64,000 nt of DNA from Camelus ferus (taxonomy: Eukaryota): assembly GCF_009834535.1 (NCBI RefSeq), contig NC_045696.1, positions 90,212,001 through 90,276,000 of the forward strand, in the 5' to 3' direction. Position numbers and translations under genes: made by a program. The notes beneath the pieces are model-generated. The model saw only the letters and a program-made list of their open reading frames with translations, had not been told where the DNA came from and did no database searches. Position 1 is the stretch's first letter; every line of letters starts with the position of its first letter. Below are positions 13,936-28,089 of the stretch, piece by piece.

Positions 13936-15019
13936 AGAGCTTCTGACAAGGACGCAAGGGTAAGAAAACACCTTTACTCAGAAACGCCACTAAACCTCAT
14001 GCCAGGAGGAAAGCTAGAATCCAGCTACAGCCATTTATGTTCACTTTGAGTCTTAGCACTTAGCTTCACCTCATTTATTTCTGAGTTCTTGAGGATAAAA
14101 TAAATATCCAAAAATAATTTAATTACATTTGTATTTTAATATTAGCTGTCTTCAAAATTAAAGAAAAATAAAGAGAAAATTACGATTTTTAAGTTACAGC
14201 AAAAAGATCCTACATATACCTACTTAATTTCTAGAATTATTTCTTTAGGAACATGTAAATATATGAATATGTGGGACAACAGTCCATTAAATCAATTACT
14301 ACAGGGGTGTAAGTAATAATTTCAAGTCAATTTACCTTCTTAAATGAGAAGATCAAGAATATTCCATTAAATGAGAGTTCTACCATTTAAAACCTTTTAT
14401 CAATTTATAAAATCTCATGACTTTTGGTTATCTTTATGTCTGAAAAGATTGCCAATACAACCTCATTTGCTTGAACCACCACAGAAATGTACCACAAAAC
14501 AACATTACATTAAATCAAAAGTGAATTGATTGTGTACAATATACCTGATGAACCTGGATAAGGCTAAATTAAAGAAATACATGAACAATAAATATATACT
14601 AACTCCCCTCCCTACAGTGTTTAGATGATGGATTTTGTTGTTTACAGCTCATAGAGTATCAACCAAAATGTATGATTAAAATGCTGCATGGGCTACTATT
14701 CCAACAAGATCCAGTTGTTAAAAAAAAAAAAAAAAAAAAACCCTTTCCTGGACCAGCTACAATTCAGAAAGTAAGGAATAAAAACTAGTGAACAACATGC
14801 ATTATATGAATTTCAAAAGCAATTAGTAAAAGAAGGTACTGGTGTCATAATGGAAGGGTGTGTCTGTGTGCACACACATACATCGTTAAAGAAAAAAAAA
14901 GCATATCTCATGCACCATTAAATTGCACTAGCCAACTGGATGGGTAAAGTATACATTCTGGGACTTGTGTTTTGATTACCTCTTCTAGTATGCATGAGCA
15001 CCTGAGGCAGAATAAAGGT

Positions 15020-15830
15020 AGTATTTAAATTTAAACAGGAAAAAGTGATTTATTTATAAATGGTGCTGGCACAATTGGTTATGTATTGGTGAAAAAAAGG
15101 TGGCTTTCTACTTCACAACGCTTTAAGGAAAAAAATGCCAAGTGAATTAAATGTTTACATGTAAAAACAATGAATTAATTTAAAATCTAAAACATATATA
15201 TAGGAAATGTTTTTATGAACTGGGAGAAGAAGAGACTTTCTAAGCTGGGCAGGAAATCAAAAAACCATAAAATAAAATATTTGATGGGACAGAAATTAAA
15301 TAATTTGGTTTAGCAAAAGATACTAAAAAAATCCAAATGATATGCAGTGAAGAAGACTGCACTCCAGATGGCCAATAAAATGTTATTATTCATAAAATAC
15401 ATAGGCTCCTATATGTTGATAAGAAGAAAAAGCAATGGATGGAAAAACGGGCAAAGGTATGTACGACTAGGCAAGTGGCAGATGGAAAGAATAAACAGCC
15501 ACAGAAGAGAGGTGCTCACTGTCATCACTAGTCAAGAAAATGCAAATTAAGTAAAAGTGAGATGCCCTTGTGCAGTGACCAGATTGGCACAAACTAATAC
15601 AAGCAGTGACACCTGGCAAGCGCTGAGAGGAGCACACTCTCAGACTGACCGTGAGAACCGAAATAGTCACATCTCAACCCAACACACCTATGATTTGACC
15701 CAGTAATCCTACGTCTGGCTGTTTACGCTTAAAATAGTAAATAAAAGCTGTGATATATAAGAACATGCTAACCACAGTTTTGCTTGAAGAAGCAAAACAA
15801 CCGCATTTCCTTCCATAGGAAGTAGATCTA
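15020..15830 (+). mobile_element. Old L1 ORF2 fragment, degenerate
   Basis: ataaatggtgctggcacaattgg, caagaaaatgcaaattaag, tttgacccagtaatcc. Confidence 0.75.
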
Positions 15831-16479
15831 AACCACAGTTAAGTCCTTTTCTAAAATTAAGCAGGATATGAATAAATTATGAATAAAATATTTTAAAGAT
15901 ATGCTCAAATGTGTGTGTGTACATATCTTCATAAAATTTGGCAGAATCTTGCCTAAGCAATAATAAGATTTTAATCTGTATTTTTAAAAACTGAGAGACT
16001 ACAAAACACCTATGTTAACGGTGAGCTAGAAGTGATATTTTAATCTAAGTCTTAAAAACTAGGTTAATGCTATTAACTTGCTTCAAAAGTCAAATTTCTT
16101 AACACAATGGAAACCATCTCCAGCCTTTTCAACTTTTCTGTTTGTTGGTTGGTTGTTTTAAAATCCTAAATCAAACTTTCAGTGGGGTGGTCCTTCACAG
16201 ATGGGCCAGATTTCTAATATAAATGATAACACATGTTTGTTTGATATAATCCTACATGGTAAATTACTCCCTGCAGTAAATTAAGCATTTGATAATTTAA
16301 CAGTTTCAGTCCTTTAGGGAAGCAATTAGAGTAGTGGTGAGGGACTTGACACATTTATAAAGAATGTAACTGTGTCTTCCAACTAGTTCAATTTGTGCAA
16401 AGGAAGCAGCCTCAACTGGCAGAATTAGATTCAACATGTTCCTGTCCAGAGCTCAAAATACTATGTTACTGTCACAGCC

Positions 16480-16630
16480 TTTTATTTTATCTACTACAAA
16501 AGTAATTAATGTTCATAACAGAAATTTTGGAAAATAGAGAAAAACAAAAAAGAAGAAAATAAAAATCACCCACAATGCTTCCATCCAGAGATAACACTGC
16601 AGACCTTCTGGTGCATTTTCCTCTGGTGTC
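16480..16630 (-). mobile_element. Old L1 (L1ME-type) 3' fragment
   Basis: gaaattttggaaaatagagaaaa...aaaatcacccacaat...ccagagataacactg. Confidence 0.6.
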
Positions 16631-17409
16631 TATTCTAGGCATGCAGGCAACAGTAACAGGGGTCTGGGAAGAAGGAAGTCATGGTCCATCCCAAATCACA
16701 GTGGAAAAACACAGAATCCATCAAACAGGAGGTACATTTATTTTTAGTAATGGAAACATTTTTAAACATTTATTATTTATGGTTGCTTTTATATAAACTT
16801 ATATTGTTACTCAATTTCATAGCTGATCTCTCCTGATTTTAAATGAAGGCTGTGCAGCATGAGTTTACCAGTGAGCAAACTACCCCCACCCCCCACCTTC
16901 TTTCTAAAGGATCCAGCAAGATAGTCCAGACAATAAAAGCCAACACTAGGCCTGACTGTCTCTGTTCAAGGACCACAGCCATCACCACTCTCATGAACCT
17001 GCCCTCACTCCAGCCCCCATCAAGCGCCCACTACAGTGTCATTCCCCCCACATCCACTCCAGGCGAGGGATAACAGCACCACTATCCCTCAGTGCCTCAA
17101 ACCTCAATTCCCAGCCATCTCTCAAGCCATTAATCAATGTTATTTTCATCAACTGTTCTCTACCAGAAAATTGATTTACTATCATAGAGTGACTAGGCCA
17201 CTATGCAGTTCCAAAAGACAGAGGTCTTCTAATAAGCATATGCTTTTATTTTAGAAATGCTACTTTTTAACAAGTACACTTTTTACTATAATTTCTATCA
17301 CTATGAATCCAAAGCTCAATTAACCTGTCCCAGATAAGGCTTTATTTTGTTTTATTTTATTTGCAAAAGTGGGGGGTGTGTGATCAATCTGGGTTTTTTT
17401 AGTGTCTTA

Positions 17410-18300
17410 AATTTTTACTGAGATAAAATTCACATAAAAAAATTCACAATTTTAACCACTTAAAGTGTTTAATCCAGTGACTTTTAGTATATTCACAAGG
17501 TTGTTCAATCATTACCTCTGTCTGTTCCAAAATATTTTCATCATCCCAAAAGAAAACCCTGTACCCATTAAGTAGTTACTCCCCATTCTCCCTTGCCCCA
17601 ATCTTATGGAAATCACTCATCTTCTTTCTGTCTCTACGGATTGCCCTATTCCTGACATTTCATATATATGGAATCTCATGTGACCGTCTGGGCCTGACTT
17701 ATTTCACTTAGCATGTTTTCAAGCTTATCCATGTTGTAGTATGTATCAGTACTAAATCCCTTTTTATGAATTGATAATATTCCATTATATGGATATATTA
17801 CATTCTGTTTATCCATTCATCAGGTGGTGGACACTTGGGTGGTTCAAACCTTTTGGCTATTGTAAATAGTGCTCCTACGAACATTTATGTGCAAGTCTGT
17901 TTAAAAACATGTTTTCACTTCTTTCGGGTATGTACCTGGGAGAATTTCTCGTTCATACGGTAATTTTATCTATAATTTTTGAGGAATTACCAAATTGTTT
18001 TCCACAGAGGCTGTACCATTTCATATTCCCACCAAAAATGTAGAGGGTTCCATTTTTTCTACAGCTTCACCAATTATTGTTATTCCTTTTAGAAACATTA
18101 CAGCAATCCTAGTTGGTGTGAGGTGGCATTTCATGGTAGTTTTGATTTCCATTTCTCCAATGACTAATGATGTGGAGCATCATTTCATGTGCGGATTGTC
18201 TTTTCATCTTTTTTATAATAGTGCCCTTTGAAACACTAAAGGTTTTTGTTGTTGTTGTTTGTTTGTTTGTTTTGATGAGTCCAGTTTATTTTCTTTTTTC
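17410..18300 (-). mobile_element. L1MB-type 3' region
   Basis: tgagataaaattcacata...ttttagtatattcacaaggttg...tttcacttagcatgttttcaag...tgactaatgatgtggagcat. Confidence 0.9.
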
Positions 18301-21109
18301 ATGCAGTATTTGTAATCTGCTTTATTCTTCTCTGGGGTGGAGGGGTCAAATTGGGATCATCCTGGTTTTGAATTTACTGTTTTGTAACCTATTAAATTGG
18401 TTAAACAGAAACAGAACTAACTGGAAAAGACAGAGTTTCTGGAAAAGACCTCTTTCACCCATCAAGATTGACCATTAGCAGAACTTTGAAGGAACCTGAA
18501 TTTACCTTCAGTAAAACTCATTTTATATATTTTTCCTTCATTTTGGAGACCTAAAATAACAAGATGACGTGTGTTTCTATAACCCAGAACAAATACAACT
18601 AGGAGCAACTGCTTTCTAGTAAGGTGTGTAGATTTAAAAGAAGATGAGCCAAAGAATACAATGCTTAACCCAAAACAGTAAATATCATAAAGTGGAATTT
18701 CAAGCACCCTGGAAATGGGAGAGATTTCTGGGCAGGGCTTTCCTAACGCCCCCATCTACTATCTGCAAGGGGCCATCCACAATGTCTATACATAAATCAA
18801 ACTCTGTCAACCAGAACCCTAACTAAACTGGTTGAAATTCTAAGAAATGAACGTTTAACTTCTCTGGCCACAATACAGTGACAATCAATATTCAGACATT
18901 CTGGAAAGCATTCCTTCTAAAAACTACACAGGCACCCAAATTATGCAAAATCCATCAGGTTGACATCAGAAAGTCACTACTGAATCCAACTATGAAGCAA
19001 AAAGAATGCTAAAGAATATCGACTAAATTTTCATTGTATAGCACAATTCAGTAGATCATTGAAGCTTCAAATGGTAATGCATTGGTTATGGCCTGTATGA
19101 GAAAGGTGGATATCTGAGTGATTTGAAAATTAAACCATGGCTCATAAGAATGTTTTATATTTAACTAAAATTCTCCATGATGCATCTAATGTTCAGAATT
19201 ACAATAAAAATCCTTAGAGAGAGGCTAGTTGAAAAAAAAAAAATGTTCAAGCTTATAAAATGTTCCATTTGCTTTTTTCCACCTATTGCACTTAAAGCTT
19301 AAAATCCAAGCTAGGGAAAGTGTTTGAATACCCAAGTGGTTATTGTACAGATTCTGAAGGGACTAAGAAGTGTCCTTTGATGGCACTTTCTAAATGCTAC
19401 AAGCAGAAAAGTGGAAGGTTTGAACAAGCAATTCGCTCAATCTCCTAGACAGACCTCTCTCCTCTTTAAGGTAAGATTATTCGTCAAACCAATAGGAAGT
19501 CACTAGTCATGCCTTTTAACCTGTTCAGTCCTTTCTTTGGTAGTGGTGATTTTGATGTCCTTTAGCTCATTAAACATTACAGATAGAAAATTATAAGATA
19601 TTTAGAACTGTTCAGATTTTTTTTATCTAGCTGCAAAACACAATATTAGAAAGAAGTTAAATATATACATGTGTGCTCCACCACAAATGTCATCTGGTAT
19701 AATAGGTGAGAATAACGGTAACATCTGGAGACATCACGTAAATTCAGAGCATAAATAAAAACAGCACTCATAAAACTTTCCCAACACGTTCCAGCTACAC
19801 TGCAGTACAACATTATCCTCATTCTCATTCCTTCCAACAGTTATCTGATCTCAATTCTGAAAAGCTAACAGAGAAAAACACAAGACTTAACAAAAGATAA
19901 ACACATATGCAAGTAAAAGGATGTTTAATATCTGTTCATTCTGAATGCTAGATTTATTTATCAAGGTAGTCTCTGTTGATGCTCAGTCTAATACCAGGTC
20001 TGCCTCTAAAATAATGACGGCTATTTCCAGTTGAGATATCACTCTCACGTTTGTTTGTTGTTGTTGTTGTTTTAATCATCATGTGTCTTACACACAGTAA
20101 CTCTCAGGAGATAATGCTATAATAATGACATGGGAAGAACATGGTTAAAAAACTAGGGTGATCAGGTAAGACGGACACACCGCAAACACACCTTTATTTC
20201 CACCAAACATGAGGATATTTCAATGTCTGTTAAATTAGACTGGAAGGGGAAACAGAACCCACGCCGACTGTGGTTGTGTTGTACCTCTGCAAGGCCATTT
20301 CAAATGCAAAATGGAGGAATTCTCTCCGAGGAAGAAGAACCATTTCCTTTTGCTGTTAGAAAAACGCAGTCCCCCGCACATTGCATCAGGATATTTCTCA
20401 TCAGATCCTTGCCAGTCCAAATCACTGAAACATTCCAGTGTTTGAGAAAAGTCCACTCTGTCCCCATGGATTTAAAAAAAAAAAAAAGAGCCTACTTGTA
20501 AAGTTCCTTTCATTTGCTTGAGTTCATTCTCAGAACCATCTTCTAGTACCTGTGCAGCAGAGCCCTGCTGCTGCTAAACAGGGCAGCACTACCCCTGGGG
20601 ACAGGTCATGATCATAAAGGAGGCAAAATCTGGGTGAAAGAATATTTTAAAAATTAATCATCCCTTAACTCTGCTCCAGGGCTGGAAGTCAGATACCCCT
20701 GATGCAAAGATAAGCAAGCTTTTCTATGAAGATTATTCCTGTTGCAGGAAATAGTCATTCAATTTTAATCTTTTAGTTGCATGAAAAAAGCTGAAAGGAT
20801 GACTTTCTGTGGTGACTAAGATGAATTCGGAATTCCTATTTACCACTTACATTTATGCACATAAAAATTATTTGGAAGGAATATATCAAACTCCGAATTC
20901 ATTCAAATCTTTTGTTGCAGTTTTCAAAGGAGATGCCACAATTCAGTTATTTCAGCACTTTTGCTTATTCAGAGCCATTCTGGTTAGAGGAAGAGAATAC
21001 ATGCTTGTTGAATAAAAAGGATGCACTTAGAACTAGTCTCTATGGGGGGATACAAAAGAAAGTAAAAGGGCCTTCCCTCTTCCCTTAGTGATCCCATAGA
21101 AAAGATGGA

Positions 21110-21560
21110 GAATGGCATGCAACCAGGTTATTGCTGACTCCCAGACCTAATCAGTCCAGCCTAATGGCCTAATCAGTCAGTATGTTTCCTCCTCCCCATC
21201 ACCAGGGGTTGTTTTAAAGTCAAGCACTGGAGTCCATCTGGGACTTTGGCTATGGGTACTTTACCTGGGATTGCCAAACTGGAGACTCATTCATGTATTT
21301 GCCTTCAGCAAATCTTTGTTAGATATCTATCCTGTCAGGTACCCAGATTCTAGATGACAGGTGTGAGCCATACAGAGAGAACCAAAAGGGAGGGAGGGAG
21401 AGAGGGAAGGGAGACAGATGGTTGGAACATCTACATTGAACCATGCCCAAAGTTAGATTGACCCCTGGACTTTTTAGTTACATGAGTCAATAAATCTCTC
21501 TTTAGTTTAAGGCAGTTTGAGTTGGGGTTTCTGTCTCTTGCAGCCAAGAGTCCTACCCAC
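21110..21560 (+). mobile_element. Old MaLR LTR (MLT1-type)
   Basis: Ends with agttacatgagtcaataaat...gtttgagttggggtttctgtctcttgcagccaagagtcct. Confidence 0.65.
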
Positions 21561-21899
21561 CCTTCACCCCAGGGTCTAAGAGTGGTAACTGGAGTAAAGC
21601 CTTACCTCCTTCTACTGGAGCCTTGCCTGCTCACAATTATGGTCCTAGCCCTAAGCCAGTTGGAGCAGCCTTGTTGCCAATTCCTCATCATTCCTAGAAT
21701 TTCAATACCCAATTTGGAGTGGCTCTCCAACTCGAATTTAGACTGGTCCCAAACATTTGGAGATAACCTACTAACTCCAACTGGGACAGGTCTTTTTCCT
21801 TGGGGGAGAAAAGAAAACCTACACAGTATCCACATCTCCACATGCACAACTCACCACAAGAAGCACAGGCATGGAGGTAGAGATACACCACCAGGGCAC

Positions 21900-22460
21900 C
21901 TCTTATCCAAGGCAGGAATACTGTCTTATTGTCCCTGACGAAAAATGAACCAGCCTCTGGTTAAATACTTTCAGAGGCAGGATCCTTAACTACTTCAAGC
22001 GCCATGTGTTCCACTGACGGACAGCTTCTATACCTAAGAAGAGTCATTGTTATACCAAAATAAAAGATTCTGTCCCCAAAATTTCCATTGCTTTATACTA
22101 TTTCTGTAAAGTAGAGCAACCAAGAGTAAGCTTCGTTCCCTGTCTGCTTGTCAGCACTTCAATTATTTGAAGACAATTAGCATGCCTCCCTTTAGTGTGT
22201 ATTTTTCTACAGTTTCTTCAGCTATTTCTTAAAATACAAGACTTCCAGGTCCTTTAGCACCCTAATTCCTGCTGTCTCAGTACACTCTAGTTTGTCAACA
22301 TCCCTTTTAAAATATGTTATCCATCCCCACCACCCCACCACTGAATGGCCCTTGTGGTGGTCTGAAATGCCCAAAACATGGTTGGTAGATCACACTTCCT
22401 AAGAGCTGAACATTGCACTTATGACAACAAATCCTAAGCTTTCATTGGCTCTTTTGCTAT
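21900..22460 (-). mobile_element. CR1/L3 fragment
   Basis: tatttgaagacaattagcatgcctcccttt and gtttgtcaacatcccttttaaaatatg phrases typical of antisense L3. Confidence 0.5.
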
Positions 22461-25309
22461 TAACAAGCATACAGCACGACTGACAACTTTAGTACAGCTC
22501 CTAACACATCCAGAAAGTTTCACAAGAAACTGTATAGGGGATCTTTCTTTTCCTACTTAGGTAAAGGGTAGTTTGGTCTGTCTCTTTTTTTAGCCCAAGC
22601 TCCCAAGCAGACCCTTGCAGGTCTGTCCTCATTGTATGACCAGTACCTGGAATGGTGTCTAGCACACGGAAGGAAATCAAAATGGCTGAAGAACTAAACA
22701 AACCTAAATTCAGGAACCTCCATCCATTGCTGTTTATTAATTTTTGAATCAGCCTTGAGATTCAGCTAGCTGAGGTCATTTGCAGCCTAAGCCCAGCATT
22801 AGTTATACTTAATTCATGTTCCCTCTAAATGTAGTAAGTCTGCCTTGTTCAGCTCTACCTAAGACATTGATGAAAACATTGGGCAGGCTGGAGCCAAGGC
22901 TAGAGTGCTTTATTTTAATACTCAGCAAGAGACACCAGTCAAGGTGAAGCAGCCATTATCCATAGTCTAGGGCTGAAGCGCTAACCCCAGTTAAATTCCA
23001 TCATTTCACTCTTGGAAGGTTTTTTAAAATGCTTTTTTAAAATCAAAACACAGAATTTACCAAGTTGAATCTTATGAAATTGCCATTTTTCTCAGCCAAA
23101 TGTCTTCCAGTGTCAACAATTTCATGTGGTTCAACCTAACCGAAATCCCTCCAATAGCTAGCCAATGTTTTGTTTATTTGGTTAAGGATTTTCCTTAGAG
23201 AATCTATGCTGGTTCTATTCTTCTGTGTCCAAAATCTACCATTTTCCACCTCAGAAATTGAGACATTTGCCCATGTCTTCTCCAAGTAACAGCTCACCTG
23301 GGCAGGTTTCTTCTTCACTTAGGGTGCCATTTGCTTGAACCTAGAGACCAAGACTTATTCAATGTAACTGGTCTCCTACCAATGTTTATGCATATCTTGG
23401 GCTCTCCATGCACTAAATTGTGTTTTATCATTTATTACCTGAAGATTATTCTCCTTATGGAGATCTTTATACACACATAAGAGTTCCTCAAATAAATCCC
23501 TGTTCTTCCTGAAGCTGGGTAAAATCCATTTTACTGTGCCTCAATAATTGTGAATACTAGAGCATTTCTACAAGTAAATACCAAAGGGACAATTTATACT
23601 ACAGTGAAATGCTTCCCCTACCCAAAAAAAAGTATCAAACGACCATACTATTACTAAGCTAAAAATAAGAAATTCCTTAAGATAGGACTGTATATGACCT
23701 TCAAATGATAAACATGAATTTTTAAGAGTCAGTGAAAAATACTACTGAGATAGGTTCAAAGCCATTGAATGTATGAATCTGAAATGAGGCATCAACACAT
23801 GGAATAATTTGAAAGTTATACCATACATTATGGGTAGAGATTATATAGACATTTACTTGGAAAAGATTAGGAGAAAAATTAAATATAGAAAATTGTCTTA
23901 GTATGATTACCATTTTCAAAAACAATAGAAGCTGATAATTAAAGCTATATGCCACAATATTCTAATGTGATCTTAGTTCTTAAAAACACAAATGTGCTTG
24001 TAAAGTGTGACATGCAGTGTGCATGGTATGTCACGGAATTCATTTTCCTAGTTTTGTTTTTGGTCCATATCTTACTTTGCAGTTAGTAACAGTGGTCAGT
24101 GATAGAGAGTAGAGGGGAAAATTTTCCGTAACGCAACATCTACTTACTATTTTTAAATGCATGGAAGCAGTTTTAAACAGCAAGCCAGATCTAAGCTTTA
24201 ATTAGATGAAATACCTAATAAGCATTAATATCTACTATTAAACTACAGAAAAGGATGGGGGAAACCTGTGGTTCTGAAATTATCTGAAACTAGAAATGAG
24301 ATTATTCTTGAAAGAGACCATGGGCAAATGAACCTTGACAACAAAGATTTCAAATGAGCTATTTTAAATAAGTTATTCTCTCTAATGGGCAGCCCAATGT
24401 GAACTATTCCAACATATAATTTCAAAGGTCGAATTTCCTCCCAGGAAAGTAATACAGTGCCCTCCGTCTTGCTGAAGCAGGCTTCTGGCTGGTGCTTGTG
24501 TGGGCTGCTCAACTGTCAATTATGCACCAGGTTTTCTAGTTTGTGGTTTCTCCAAGACTCTCAGCCTCTTGCTCATTTTGAGCCATGCCGCTGCTCATTA
24601 GCAATAAGAATGTACATTCAGAAAGGGAAGAACGGCCCTCAAGCTACCTAGGTATAATTTGTACGACTAGTAAAATAGTCAATGGGATGCACAACTGAAT
24701 CTACACTTTTCAACAAGGCTTACAGATCAAGTGTGGATTTGAGATTTTCCCTACCTTGGCAAAATTTTAGAGCATTTTGCTCACCTTAAATTGGTTAGTT
24801 TTTATATTTTAAATGTCTAAGCTCACTGCTGCTTTGTCTTTTCATATAGTCAGGAAGCACATGCTTGGTCTATTGCCTTAAGATACTTTTCAAAGGTAAC
24901 TCACTGAAAAGGATCTGCTGCTACAGCAAAGGTGACAAGTTGACCTTTGCTGGCTACAAAGACCTTTGTCATAATAATCAGCTGCTTTCTGGGCTATAAG
25001 AGAATGATTCTCTTGGTTTTCATTTATTGTTTCTAATATCAGCTCTGGGTCATTATAAATATTATTCCACAAGTCTGCAAAGAGCCAGGGTTTGAATGAT
25101 GATGCCCTTGAAATGGCCCCAACCTTAATTTCAGCTGGAAAGTCAGGGAAATGTTTTCTACTATACCATATCTTTTGGAAGAAATGTTCACCATGCTGTT
25201 GGATAAATTAACCAGTAAAACTGACTTTTAGATAAAGATATGTTAATCTTTGCATATTTCCTAGCTATTTAAATTTGTGATGGAATTTGCCTCAAAAGAG
25301 ACTACAAGT

Positions 25310-28089
25310 TCACACTGTAAAATATTCCTCTAAGTCTTCCCCAAAGGACCTGTAGCTATTTACTAGAGTAAACAGCCATTTACTAAAGTCTGTACAATGC
25401 GGAGGGGAGGGAATACCTAAATCTTTCAGAGATTATTGAACACTGGCTCTAACATTCATTTTGGGAAATCAAAAATATCACTGTGAGCTAAGCAGGGCTC
25501 ACCAAGGTCATGTGATAGATGGAGTTCGACATTAATTTCAAATCCAAGCTGGGCTATGGACCTACCTTGCAGTTATTCCTCAGTTTCTGAAAGTATAATT
25601 GGAACAGACACACTTGACAACTGGAAGAACCTCTATGAGCTGAAAGCCACTGGAACTTCCCCTCCCTACCAAGACAGAAAACCTGGGGAAGTTTCAGAGA
25701 TTAACGCCACGATCAAAATCTTGAAAGTAGCAAGGATGGTGATACCTGTCACATATCCACTTAACTCACCAATTTGGCCTCTGCAGAAATCAGATGGGTT
25801 TTGGGAAATGATTGTGGGTTATCACAGTCTTAATCAAATGATGAATAGAGTGGCAGGGGCTGACCCAGATGGGGTAGCCTTACTATGGCAAACAAACACA
25901 ATCTCTGGCACATAGCATATAACTAATGCCTTTCTCTCCATAGTAATTTGCAAGGGCCACCAGAAGTAGCTTTCACAGTAACTTCCCAGTGAAGACAGTG
26001 TGCCTTCACTGTCTTGCTGCAGGACTATATCAAATTCCTCATTCTCTGCCATAACGTAATTTGCAGAGATCTTGGTTGTCTTGACATTCCATTAATTCCA
26101 TCATTCACCCTGGTCTACTACATTGACAAGATCATGCTGATGGGACCTAATGAGCAGGAAGGAGCAAGCACTTAATGTTTTAGTAAAACATATGGAAGAT
26201 AAACTCCACAAAATTTCAGCCCCACCCCCACCCCCACCTCAATGAAGTTTCTAGGAGTTTAATGGTCTGGAACAAGTCAAGATATTTCCTCCAAGGTTAA
26301 AGATTTAAGTCCCCATTTTTTTTGTGTGTGTGTATATATATATGTATATATATATATATAAGTATATATGTATACACACACACAATGGAATATTACTCAG
26401 CTTAAATTTAATTACTTAAAAAAGAATGAAACTCTGCCATTTGCAGCAATGTGGATGGACCTAAAGAATATTATACTTAGTGAAATAAGTCAAAGAGAAA
26501 TACTGTATGATATCACTCATATGTAGAATCTAAAAAATAACACAAACAAAAGTATACAGCATAACAGAAACACACTCACAGATACAGAAAACAAACTAGC
26601 AGTTACCAAAGGGGAGAGGAAAGAAGAAAGGGACAAATTTGGGGTATGGGATTAAGAGATACAAACTACTATGTATAAAACAAACAAGAATATATTGCTT
26701 AACTCAGGGAATTATAGCCATTATCTTATAACTTTTAATGGAGTATAAACTGTAAAAATACCAAATCACTATGTTGTATACCCAAACTAATATAATACTG
26801 TAAATCAACTATACTTCAATTAAAAAAAAAAAGATGACTTATTGTACTTCATATCACCCACCACCAAATGATAGGTACAGTGCTTGCTATCATCCATGTA
26901 GTTGGAGTCCTCACCGGCATTGGTTAATGGTGCAGTGTTCTCCACAGGTTGCATGAGCATCTAGCTCAGACTTCTTCAGTACAACTTCAGCTGCATTGCC
27001 TCCTCTCTCAATCCATGCCTGTGGCTTCCCTATGACCAGTGACTGAGGAAGATATTTGTTTTTCAAATGAATCCCCATACTTACTCACTGCGGGGGAAGC
27101 TCTCAGTAATCAGGTGGACAAAATGATGCGCCCTGTGGATGTTATTCAGTCCCTTTCTTCAGTCATCCCAGTGCTTTCTCACTGGGCCTATGAACAAAGT
27201 GGCCACTGACATGCATGAGCTCAACGACACGGACTTTCCCTAGAAATGACTCCCAGAATTGTTGGTTCCTGTCCTGGCAAACTCGAGCTCTGCTAGTTAG
27301 GAGGTCTTAATTCCCAAAGGGGCAATACTTCAATCAAGAGGCACAAGAATGTTCCACTGAATTGGAAGATGAGATTGGCTATTTTAGGCCTATGGTACTG
27401 AACCAACAGGCAGAAAAAATAAAAATAAAAAGACTACTTTTCTGGCAGGAAGAGGGGAAAATAGGCTGTTGCTACAAAGAAGGCAAGGAGAACCCTTTCT
27501 GGAACACGAGATTCTTTGGGATGCCTCTCAGTACTTACAAGCGCAATAGTAAAGGTCAATGGAAAACTACAGAAACTAAAAAAACTAATGCAGGACAACT
27601 GAGGACTCAGACCCTTCAGGAAGGTTTAGGTTATTCCACCAGATAATCCTAACCAGCTGAGGTTCTAGCAGGAAAGCAGAGGAAATATATGGGTAGCAGA
27701 AAAAGAAAGCCATTGCTATCCGTTACAGCCTTACTACCAATTAGAGAAACAAGGCCTAAAGTAGCTTTACATGTTTTATCTTTGCTGCATATGTGTGTAT
27801 GTTTATTTGTATATGGTACCAATTTTCTTCTACTCCTTCTCATCTTTATTTTACATACAAGTTGTTGGAGGCTGATTTTATGATTTAGTTTTTCAGTAAC
27901 AAAATATTCTGTGGGTTTTGACAGAATTCGATGCATATATATGTCTCCTCACTTTGGGAAGAGGATAAGAACACATTCACTTGTGAGGACAGCTGTATCT
28001 TGTTTTGGAGAGCTGTTTCATTGTTGTACACAAGTTCAAATGCATGTAGAAGAACGTATATGGAAGCTGAGTTAGCCAAAGGGCTGGAC
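25310..28089 (+). mobile_element. ERV-L internal region (degenerate pro-pol-dUTPase), 5' truncated and split by an L1
   Basis: Protease remnant RLLNTGS (DTG to NTG) at about 25430-25450. The ORF at 25556-25915 contains INATIKILKVARMVIPVTYPLNSPIWPLQKSDGFWEMIVGYHSLNQ, matching the ERV-L RT N-terminus. YIDK (mutated YxDD) at about 26119-26130. dUTPase-like segment at about 27270-27380. PPT agccaaagggctggac immediately before the LTR. Confidence 0.9.
26380..26832 (+). mobile_element. L1 3' end inserted in ERV-L pol
   Basis: caatggaatattactcagc...gccatttgcagcaatgtggatggacct...aaatcaactatacttcaatt plus A tail. AAAGAT occurs on both sides. Confidence 0.9.

Noticed and set aside
25556..25915. 119-aa ORF with RT similarity as a functional or domesticated gene
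   Set aside because: It is a fragment of decayed ERV-L pol with internal deletions and downstream stops, and the catalytic YxDD is mutated.
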